A stretch of 64,000 bases of DNA from Octopus vulgaris (lineage: Eukaryota): NCBI GenBank assembly GCA_951406725.2, contig OX597834.1, forward strand, positions 43,276,001 to 43,340,000, read 5' to 3'. Shown piece after piece: positions 14,481 to 25,647 of the stretch (position 1 is the stretch's first letter; each line of letters begins with the position of its first letter). The notes under the pieces are model-generated. The model had not been told where the DNA came from and did no database searches. It was given only the letters and a program-made list of their open reading frames with translations. The position numbers were made by a program, and so were the translations under genes.

Positions 14481-14685
14481 TATCACATTAGGTCAACGAT
14501 CGGAAGGATGGCTTCCCTTTGCAAATACTGATAGGGCACAGAAAGTGAGTCAATAGCCAGCTGGAGATGTTCTTCTGGGGTTACAAGCTAGAGTAGCATC
14601 CACCCTTAGTGGTTAGCTACATTTAAGTGACAAATATACTTCACATTGTCGTGTGCAGTTACTGTTTACTACTCGTTCAGAGATT

Positions 14686-14744
<59 letters not shown>

Positions 14745-14745
<1 letters not shown>

Positions 14746-15140
14746 ATACATAGAGACAAAACTTGATTTTATATATAGATTATCAATAGATTATATATAG
14801 ATTATATATATATATATCTTTATATTTTCATTGATAAATTTATATTATTTATAGTTTTAGTCATTTTAAATTTATATCTTAAAAATATTGATTATTTTTA
14901 GATCTGAAATCCACCTGATGAATGTCCTGAGAAGAGACATGAAACAATTGTAGTGGCGAATATAATTTTATTTAATTTATATTAAAATTTTTTTATGTAT
15001 TGGATTAAGTCTTTCTTTGTTTGATTTGCAAAATAGTGGTTTTGTCTCTAATTAATATTATATAATATTTTACTATAAAATTGGATTCAATCCTAAATCT
15101 GATTTTCCCTGTAAATTTGGATTTATTCCCTAATATTTAC
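14745..15140 (+). mobile_element. AT-rich non-autonomous Penelope-like (pLTR-type) element between TA tracts
   Basis: Contains an intact minimal HHR; bounded by (TA)n on both sides; family assignment is inferred from the HHR type. Confidence 0.55.
14911..14956 (+). ncRNA. Type I minimal hammerhead ribozyme
   Basis: ccac CTGATGA atgtc-ctgagaaga-gacat GAAA caattg TA gtgg: perfect stems I and II, palindromic stem III, GUA cleavage triplet. Confidence 0.85.
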
Positions 15141-15254
15141 TATTATATATATATATATATATATGCTACATATGCTTCGAAACTAAAAGTATATTTATTT
15201 CACAACTCGCAACACACACAAAACTCAGTCGGCGAATCCTCAGTTCTGAGTAGC

Positions 15255-15512
15255 TTGGAGTATACTATGACGTGTACACGCACGTCATAACAAAAATATA
15301 ACCCAAAATTTTACTCATCTCCACGCGACGATATAAATATCGCAAGCATGGCGGTGTGGCTAAGAATCTCGTTTCATAGCAACGTTGCCTTCAGTTCAGC
15401 CCTATTGCACAGAATCTTCAGCAAGTATATAAATATCATCGCGTGGAGATGAGTAAAATTTTGGGTTATATTTTTGTTATGACGTGCGTGTACACGTCAT
15501 AGTATACCCCAA
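15255..15512. repeat. 80-bp near-perfect inverted repeat with a SINE-head insert at the centre
   Basis: 15255-15334 is the reverse complement of 15433-15512 (2 mismatches); the spacer matches 13914-13996. Confidence 0.9.
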
Positions 15513-15977
15513 AGAAATATTTGGATGTAGTTATGTAAAATATATCGCAGACTTATAATATCCACACAAATCGAAAGTAGGTCTATATTAAACCAACACA
15601 AGTCGTACTAAAACACTGACCAACACACGTCTGTCAACTGCCCCTCAGTTCACACATTTCTGTATTTATTGAAATCCGTTAGTCTACTTTCATTCAAGTG
15701 GGGGAGTACAGGTTTCTCCCAGAACAGTATTGTCAATCAGCTTATCGAATTTTTTTATTGATTTGAATGTGGAAGAAGTGTATAACGTATGATAGTTATT
15801 AAACTCTCTTTATCGTATATTGTTCACTTTTGTCATCTATTCAAGTTGTGAAATTGCTTGAAGCTTACTAACATCTCATACTATGATCTTCCTGAACTTA
15901 ATACCCTATAAGTATTCACACCCTTGTGTTCACACACCCACACATATATATAGAGATAAGGAATGATATATATATAT

Positions 15978-16022
<45 letters not shown>

Positions 16023-16056
16023 CATATGTATATGTATGTATATATATAAATACATA

Positions 16057-16092
<36 letters not shown>

Positions 16093-16675
16093 GTAGTAAT
16101 AGAAAAGAGGAATTCCGGTTATGCCCACGTGGTGAGTTGTAATGTATATCAGAAATTAAAAAAGGAAAATACGCACACTTACATAGTTTTAATATAATTT
16201 TTAATATATCGACCGGTTTCGCTAGCGCTATTCATGATATTGTGTTTTACTAATTTGAATATATTTTTTTTTCTTAAGAAAGAAATCTTGTCCATGTCGT
16301 GTGTGAAGAAATTCAGGAGTGAATGAATTCCCAAGTAGATAAATAAAGGGAGGTAACTGGTTGTCGTTATTATTCTTATTGTTGTGGGTAAGGGAGATAA
16401 CTGTTCAGCTTCCGGTAATGGGAGGGGAATATATATGTGTACAGACATAGACAAGTTTCAAAAACCTTGTTTAGTGAGGGGATTTATGTACAGTGATGTA
16501 ATCGTGAATTGAAATATGTAAAAAGATAAAAGTTGGTTATGCGTGCATATTAAGACGTGTTTTGTAATTTTCAATGAAAAAACTTTCTTTAATTAAACGT
16601 TCTAGTTGAGAGATTGTCTCTTGGCACTGGTAGAAAGGGAAGACTGTGACATTTGGTTTGATGTTACCTGCACAA

Positions 16676-16702
16676 AATAATAATAATAATAACAATAATA
16701 AC

Positions 16703-16758
<56 letters not shown>

Positions 16759-16762
16759 TAAT
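16676..16762. repeat. (AAT)n microsatellite
   Basis: Direct reading. Confidence 0.95.
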
Positions 16763-17489
16763 GTTATGCAATTTATGTCTCTAAACAAAATACGGTCTGC
16801 TCAAGGCCGGGCCACCTTTCGTCGTAAATGTGTTCGATAATTCTGACCTGGTTCTAAGAATCACCACCAAAAATAAATAAACAATACGAGCTAATGGAAG
16901 AACAATAATATCAACAAAAACAAGAACCTATAAAATAGTTTCCTTTTTCTTTCTTGTCATCGATTTTGCTTTCTTAATAGAAGGAAGTGAAAATTCCTCA
17001 ACACTCAGTCCTTGATTGATTTTGAAAAGCTCTAACATTTTCTATTTGTATTTCTCTTTCCATTCTGTCTGCAGTTGAATACCCGAAACTCTCTTGTAAA
17101 ACTGCGTCATTATTTGGAAGTTTAACACTGCGAAACCTACACAATTAGAACAAAAGAACAAAAATAAGTAACCAAAAAAACCCCACAAAAAACAATCAGG
17201 TAAACAAACAAAAAAATCCCACAAAATAAAGCAAGAATTACTAATGGAAATATATATATGTATGCCATAACATATAAATAACAAATCGTAATCTATGATG
17301 ACTTTGTATAAATGATTTATTTAGGTTTCTATAATTTATGTGTGTGTGTGTATGTATGTATATACATACATATATATATATACATATATATATATAGATT
17401 ATATAACATCTATATGTATATATTTTTCACAAATACGTACATTAAACACATTCGTACATAGACAATAAATGTATACATACATACATATA

Positions 17490-17530
<41 letters not shown>

Positions 17531-17636
17531 GTGTGTATATACATTTACATTTATGCATAAATATGTATAAATATATATATATATACGTATATATACGTAT
17601 ATGTATGTATATACATACACACACCCACACGTATAG

Positions 17637-17672
<36 letters not shown>

Positions 17673-17695
17673 TTGAATATATATACACACGCACG

Positions 17696-17753
<58 letters not shown>

Positions 17754-18376
17754 AATATATATATACATACCCACGCACACACACACACACACATATATAT
17801 TTATATGATTCGTTTCTTTCCATTTTTGGCGGCTATTTCTAATTAGATTTTGGTCAAAACTTTCCATTACGGATTCATTCTTCGATGAATGTATATTTTT
17901 GAAGCTTGTCATTGAAAATCTCTCATAATCTAATAAGGAATCGAAAAAAAAAACAAAAAAACCTAACCGATCGATTTCGATACCACACCTTTGGAAGTAG
18001 GCATAAATTGAAGTCAGTTTGTGATGAAGTTTAAGTGTCATACTTTATTTATAGATAAAAAGAAAACAAAAAAACAAACACCCGCTTCCCACCCCTACGA
18101 CAATCTCATAAACACACACACAAAAAGAAAACTACGTAAACAATTATCAGATATATGTATAAAGGGGTGTGTACACGTGTGTCTATATTTCTCTGTCTAC
18201 CTGTCTATCTGTCTGTCCGCCTCTGTCTTTCTGTATGTCTGTCTGTCTCTCTCTGTTTCTCTCTCTCTCTCTCTCTCTTTCTCCAGCCACTGAGAGATAA
18301 ATATAATTTAAAGTACACTGTATAAAGATACGAATTAGTAATAGCCTCTTGCTCGGAGATGCTGGTATACATTATA

Positions 18377-18591
18377 TATTGGGTTGTCCGGAAAGTACGT
18401 GCCGATTTATAGTAGCTTACCTTTCGACTTATTCTAGAACATTGTTGAGTCCATAAAAAATTATTTGACTACACCTCCATTTAGAGCACAGTTATTCAGG
18501 TCTCTGCAGAATAGTCTTAATGGTAAAAATTTCTAATTATTGACTTTTTTCTTTCGTTTAAAAATCGGCAGGAACTTTCCGGACAACCCAA
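18377..18591 (+). mobile_element. Mariner MITE (internal deletion derivative)
   Basis: 30-bp TIRs ttgggttgtccggaaagtacgtgccgattt / aaatcggcaggaactttccggacaacccaa; 18492-18533 encodes LFRSLQNSLNGKNF, a mariner transposase C-terminal motif. Confidence 0.88.
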
Positions 18592-18717
18592 GACTTTGAC
18601 ACACACACACACTTATACATAGTAATGCCTCGAAATAAATGTTACTCTGTTATCTGAGACCGCTTGTAAAGCGAAAACTCGTAAAGCAGAGCAATCATTT
18701 CCCATAGTACCAATGTA

Positions 18718-18830
18718 TAGCCCGAGGCTACAGTAGAAGACACTTGCCCAAGGTGACACGCAGTGGGACTGAACCGGGAACAATGTGGTTGGTAAGCAAG
18801 CTACTTACCACACAGCCACTCCTATGCCTA
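18718..18830 (-). mobile_element. SINE family A tRNA-like head
   Basis: Reverse complement aggagtggctgtgtggtaagtagcttgc...ggttcagtcccactgcgtgtcaccttgggcaagtgtcttctac. Confidence 0.85.
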
Positions 18831-19123
18831 TGTGCATGTATGTGCATACATGTGCATGTATGTGCGCGTGAGCGGACTTGTGTATGAACGTGCATCTGTG
18901 TGTGTAAGCGAATGTCTGTCTGTGTGCATGGACAGCTTCCAGTATAATTAGTCCGAGGCATGCCATCACAAATGAGCTCTATGATCAACTGACTACAATA
19001 TCAGCTTCAATATTAGCGAAGATGACTATTACGGAAAATAATGACCAACTACGAAATCCCCCACACACACACACACACACATGCGCGCGCAGATTTCTAA
19101 ATATGTTTAACTTCGCTATTACC

Positions 19124-19357
19124 TATTTCTTTATTACCCACAAGGGGCTAAACACAGAGGGGACAAACAAGGACAGACATAGGTATTAAGTCGATTACAT
19201 CGACCCCAGTGCGTAACTGGTACTTAATTTATCGACCCCGAAAGGATGAAAGGCAAAGTCGACCTCGGCGGATTTGAACTCACAACGTAGCGGCAGACGA
19301 AATATCGCTAAGCATTTCGCCCGGCGTGCTAACGTTTCTGCCAACTCGCCGCCTTAC
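19124..19357 (-). mobile_element. Full-length SINE family B with 15-bp TSD
   Basis: aacttcgctattacc at 19109-19123 and 19358-19372; central gcctttcatcctttcggggtcgataaattaagtaccag resembles, from memory, the conserved Meta/Nin-type SINE core. Confidence 0.9.
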
Positions 19358-20300
19358 AACTTCGCTATTACCGCTCGAACATGGAATTTAATTTTCTCCC
19401 GACCACATTTACCGACCGGTTTTGGCAGCTAGATTTTAGCGTCTAGAAAGAATTCCGTCTGTAAAATTATACTCACAAAGTAATTACCAATCGAAAGCTG
19501 TGGTAGAAGACACTCTGTGCTCGCTAACGCCTCGGGGGCTGCGTACTGAGATCAATCTAAGAACCAGCTGGTTACGAAGCAATCTTCTTAAACCACAAAA
19601 ACCATGCATCTGCAATGCTCATTCTTTTTTAACTTTCTAGATGTAAATAATGGATAGAGAAAGATAATAACATAGAAAACGCTGAATAAAAAGTTTGTAT
19701 GAAAAAAAAAATATAGTATTATAGAATCCAGAATACTATTTATCACCGGAATAGCTAAATCAAAAGTTGGGATAGAAACATTCTTATAGTACTAATTATT
19801 AATGATATAGAGATTGATGTAGTCTTAAGCGATTTTTCTGCCATTATCTTATCCATAATTGACAACGTTTTAGATTGTTAACAAAACCAGCTGCAAAAAT
19901 ACATATCCAATACGGTTAACTATATATTTCAATACATAATGTTACTACATTGCCCGCCTCCTGCTTTGACAATAATATATTTTGCAATTACAAAACAGAA
20001 AGAGCACGAATCTCTCGCGAACTTTTAAGTTACCCCCGCAAATATAGAATACACAAATATACTTTTGTACAAAGGAACACGCACATGTCCGTACGCACAT
20101 GTCCGTACACACAAGTACATGTATGTATATATATATATATATATAATACCATATAAAAATTACCTGTTAAAGGGTAGTTTTCTTTTGTGTTTATGTACAT
20201 TATTTTAAAATATGAATATGTTGTCTATTGACCTATTGACTATTTATACATGCTAGGTCACTGGTGGTGATATTTATAACGAATATTCGCTATCTTATGT

Positions 20301-20332
<32 letters not shown>

Positions 20333-22894
20333 GGATGTTTAAACTCACACATACGCACATATACGTATAAATAGGCACGCCATGCTGCATGTATGTTTGA
20401 ATGTATACATACGTAAATACATGCGTATATAGTTGTATTGGAACTGAGTGGTTAAGAAGCTCCCTTCGCAAATCTGACGTACGCTTTCGATCCTCCCGCT
20501 TGGCCTCCAGGACAATTGGCAATTATTTCATGAAAATACTTGAAACGAAATCGAAAACCGCCAGGTGGATTGTGCTTGTGATGCAAAAATCACGCTGATT
20601 CTATCAGGCGATTACTATAGGAATATATGTGACTGCCGATTGATCAGCCACTTACACTTCAATTCAGCGACAGAGTATTCGGTTGATCCTCATTATCGGA
20701 CAACGAAGGTTCATCGCACACACACAAGTATACACAATTACTATCATAAACTCACACACATATACACAGATACGTATTTGTATATACTCACGCATTTATA
20801 TATTGTGGTAATGTAAGCATAATTAAGACATATAAGTGAAGCAATGCTCTCGCCACCTATCATACATCTACCCTCTAAGTAACTCCAACCTGAAGTCACC
20901 TCGTAAAGAAATAGTCGCAATGAAAAAGACAACAGAAAGTTTAACAGAAAAGGGAGGATTTTGGTTTCATCAAATAACTGATGGTGATTGCAACACAATG
21001 CTGTGTGGAAGGGAGGACGGTGGCTGCTTTAAGAGGAGAAAACAAATATACAAGTGTATCATATTTATTCTTCTTATAATAGAATCTGTCTGTCGGTGTT
21101 GGTTTGCTTACGTCCTCTGAACTTAACCGTTCGGTAATAGAGACGGATGGAATAGGGACCAGGCTTTAAAAAATCGATTGGGTTCGATTCGTTCAACTAA
21201 AATCTGTTAGCGCACGAGTAAGTCATTGATCTTGCGATCAATGGCAAATAATTGAAGGCTGAGGAAAGGAGATTCAAGATAGGTTCAGACACCACAATGC
21301 ATACATGCCTATTAATCCTTATTGTTGCAACAAACGTCCATTCACTTACTTAGCTATAGGTCAGCTGTTATTAAGCAAAGGGACTCCGGCCGTGACCATT
21401 CTTCTTCTCTGGAATTCTCTGGAAGCTTTCATCTTTTAGTTTCTTCACTCATTAGATTGCGGCCAGGCTGAGGCACCGCCTTAGAGTACATTTTTAAAAA
21501 AATCTTGCTACCTATTATAACCGTCTCTTTTATTTAACCGCGAAGTTGCGGGTGGGTGGGGGGTGTAAACAAACCAACACTGAGAGTCAAGCGGTGGTGG
21601 GAGTTATATACAGATGCTCAAACACACACACGTGTGTGTGTGTGTATTTAACGGTCAATGTTGGTTTGTATTAGTAGTAGTAGTAGATGTGTTGCTGTTG
21701 TTTGCCGCAGACAGAGCCTAGCTGAGGAAACCTATGGTCAAAATCGTTCCAATCAACAACATCCTGCCTCGTTTCCATATTTCATGTTGGTTGCGTTCGA
21801 TTTTTCAGCAATCCGATATGAACTTCTGTTTCACTGTCTTAAATAGTGACTAGATGCAGGCTTACCTGCTATGTCTATTTGGCTGTACGACTGTGTAGAG
21901 CTATCCTTTCGTTTTCATTAAATGATGTCGGTTTTTAGCCCTGGCAGGCTTCGTATGAAATGCCTTCCATCCGCCAACATCTCATCATATTTTTAGCAGT
22001 GAGTTGGACGACGTTACATAAATTGTCTTTTCGTTATCGACGAATGGTCAAGCGTGCTTCGAATGATATTTGGGAATGATGTCTAGCAGGTTGTACGACC
22101 ATACAGAGCAATACTCAGTCGCTACGTCTGTTGCCGAATACTTGGTTTAATTGATAGTCTTGAGCCCACGTTCGAGTTTAAATGTCTTATCAGTTTAAAC
22201 GCTTTTTTGGGTTGAGAGGTAAACAATGAAGGCAACTTCTTGCCTTTTCAAACAAACATTATACATTTAAAAGTATTTGTAGGTGTCGAAATTCTTCAAA
22301 ATGAGATAAGGAATAGGTTTTCGTTGGTAAGTAACAGACAGATAGCATTTAATAATTTGATAGAAATATGTGGAGATAAAAATAGAAAAGAATTCGAAAA
22401 TGGCCGTCGGCTTTGTAAGCAAATATATTCGCGTAGTTCAAATCGTAAGTATTAAACCTATTCACATCTGCAAAGCGATGAGTTTATCTTAGTGCAAATA
22501 GATCTTAATCTACCAATTTATCAGTTCCTCGCGTGATTACGAACACATCTAAACGTAGAACGATTATTGTTTGGGAATATTGACGGAATAAATAAGGTGT
22601 GAAAAGAATCACCTTTGCACCAATATCGTATTTGTATTCTTACATTGATGAACGTTGAATGTACTTGGAAATCTTGATGGATTTTAATTGTCCTGACTGA
22701 AAAATGTTATCAGCAGCGAAAGGAATAAAGTCAACAATTCGAAATAAACAAAAAGCGGAAATTTAGTTCAAATCAGTTTCATTGAATTGATTTCTATTTA
22801 GGTACTTAGATGTTATTCAAAATAATATGTCGAAAGATAGAGCGAGTAAACCAGGAACGTTTTGTTTTTATTATTAAATGTAATCTATGCGTGT

Positions 22895-23180
<286 letters not shown>

Positions 23181-23245
23181 GTGTATGTGTGCGAATGCGT
23201 TTGTGTGAAATGTATGTCTATGTGAGCATTTGTGAGAATGTATGA

Positions 23246-23277
<32 letters not shown>

Positions 23278-23884
23278 ATTATCTTTTATCGTCTACGTAT
23301 TTGAATTAGATTGTAGTCATCGTGGGTCACTGCCTTGTAGAAATTTTATACAAACACACACACACATATATATATATGGATATAAAGGCAAATTAAATAC
23401 AGGGATATACTATTGACAAACCAATAATTTATTGATTTACAATATTAAATTAAATACTATGAATTAAATATAACATAACCGAATATAACATAAATAATTA
23501 TAATTTTTTATAATCCAGCCATTTCTTTTCCTCAGTTTTCTGCTTTATATATCTATATATATATATATATAAGAGATAATGGTGTTATTGAGACCCAAAG
23601 GTGTCAGGTAATGCTGATTAAGTGCTATAGACAGACCATAGTTAAGTTCCAGATTCGAAAATATTGCGAATAAAGGGTTCTATGACAGCGTGTGTATATA
23701 AGAATTTTATACGCAATAAGATAAAAAAAAACAAGGTTGTATATATATTAGAACATTTATAAATAGAAGGTCTTACAGTTTCTTACATCTTCTATCTATA
23801 GATGCTCTAATATCGATACAGCCTTGTTTTCTTTAAATCCTTTACGTATAAAATTATTATACATGCATACATACATACATACAT

Positions 23885-23919
<35 letters not shown>

Positions 23920-24211
23920 AACGATCTTATCCTTATTTATAAGGATATCCAGCGTTGCGGTATCTCCTAGATACCCTAAATTATAATTTTGATAATAATT
24001 ATTTCCTTTGAAGGTTTTTATTTCCATGCTGGCCACTTGATAAGATCAATATTTTATTTAAATTAACGATCTTATTTTTATTTATATAAATTTTAAATTC
24101 ATTTCGTCATTGTATTTACTGCGGTGATGTTTTAGCCATATCACAGGATGAGTTACAAGGCGGACAATTTAAACTGGTCGTGTTGCATACGTGCATATAT
24201 GTATTCGTATG

Positions 24212-24293
<82 letters not shown>

Positions 24294-24512
24294 ATATTTA
24301 TATTACTTTCTGCGTATATTTCCACTGATGAAGCAAAGCATTTCTTATGAAAAGTCAGAAATCCGGGACTTGGAATTATCCCGTAATTTTTTGCTAGTCT
24401 ATTTTGTCTTTTTGTTTTCTCTCCTTGTGCTGTATGAACATTTAATGTGGTTTTAAAGCCAGATTTTGGCTGCTATTTCCAGCGTAGCGGTATCTCGTAG
24501 ATACCCTAAATT
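23920..24512 (+). mobile_element. TA-embedded repeat with a duplicated terminal hairpin and decayed HHR-like motifs
   Basis: tccagcgt(t/a)gcggtatctc(c/g)tagataccctaaatt at ~23948-23982 and ~24478-24512; ctgatga...gaaatccggg at 24326-24367. Confidence 0.45.
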
Positions 24513-25300
24513 ACAATATATATATATACATATATATATGTATATTCACATTGTGACGTAAATAAAAAGACAGGAAACTGTAATGCTGGACTTGAGAAAT
24601 AACAAATCCATGTCTTCAACCACACAGATGTTTCTGGCACCATTCCTTGTGAATATCTCATAAACTTCTCGTAATTAATGGACAAAATATTTCTTAATTG
24701 AATTTAATTAAGAAATTTTGAGAAAAAGATTAATGAGAATAGAAAGAACTAGTTTAGCCTTCTCAACATGAGTGAAATATTAGAATTAATATAGTTATGC
24801 ATTAATGAATGAGTTTAAGTGAATCGACGAGAATTAATTATCATAATTAATATAATAATTAATTAAAAAATAAGTTTAAGACACTCAACAAAAATGAATT
24901 ATTGATAAGAGTGAAAAAATCTTCCACAGAATGTGTTTATGCATTAGATGTTCACTTCACGTTCGCGTCGTTTCTAGTCCAGCCCCACTGCGCAACAATT
25001 TTCGTATTTGCCAACCAATGCTTTACGACTAGATGGAGATTAGATGGAGACTAGCGGAAGCCTGTCGCATATCTACGTTAGAGAGTCTCCACTCTCGTGT
25101 GTGTGTTTTTGCGATTGTTTTTCACTTTATGACAGTCCCTGTTAGTTTATTTGTGTCCCCTTTATTTCATAGATCAGCATGAAGGATCCGATAGCATTCG
25201 TAGAACAATGAAAATTGGTTAAGCCCTTCCGTATCGTACACCAACATGGCTGTACTCCAATAACATGGTTGTACTCCAATAAGTGATATAATGGTAAATC

Positions 25301-25647
25301 GATGTGGCTCAGTGGTAAGTAGCTTGCTTACGAACCACATGGTTCGAAAGGATGGAAAGCAAAGTCGGCATCGGCGGTATTTGAACTCAGAATGTAACGG
25401 CAGACGAAATACCTATTTCTTTACTGCCCACAAGGGGCTACACACAGAGGGGATAAACAAGGACAGACAAACGGATTAAGTCGATTATATCGACCCCAGT
25501 GCGTAACTGGTACTTATTTAATCGACACCGAAAGGATGAAAGGCAAAGTCGACCTCGGCGGAATTTGAACTCAGAATGTAAAGACAGACGAAATACCGCC
25601 AAGTATTTCGCACAGTGTGCAAACGTTTCTGCCAGTTCACCGCCTTA
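25301..25647. mobile_element. SINE A head (+) fused to a partial tandem dimer of SINE B (-)
   Basis: tggctcagtggtaagtagcttgc...ggttc followed by two copies of gaaaggat..aaagtc..cggcgg.atttgaactcagaatgtaa..cagacgaaatacc. Confidence 0.8.

Larger units (their letters stand above)
14087..14688. mobile_element. Rod-like fold-back element (221-bp imperfect inverted arms, 59-nt loop, ~98-nt 3' extension) in a (TA)n tract
   Basis: 14090-14310 aligns without gaps to the reverse complement of 14370-14590 (183/221 identical by hand); TA repeats on both sides. Confidence 0.85.

Noticed and set aside
21940-22200. Possible CR1/L2 RT remnant (EYCSVWS on the minus strand)
   Set aside because: Only one short motif; the flanking frames give no support.
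25243-25280. 19-bp tandem duplication; similar short tandems at 11085-11130 and direct repeats at 4353/4437
   Set aside because: Ordinary slippage or local duplication with 2-3 units and no regular spacer array; not CRISPR-like.
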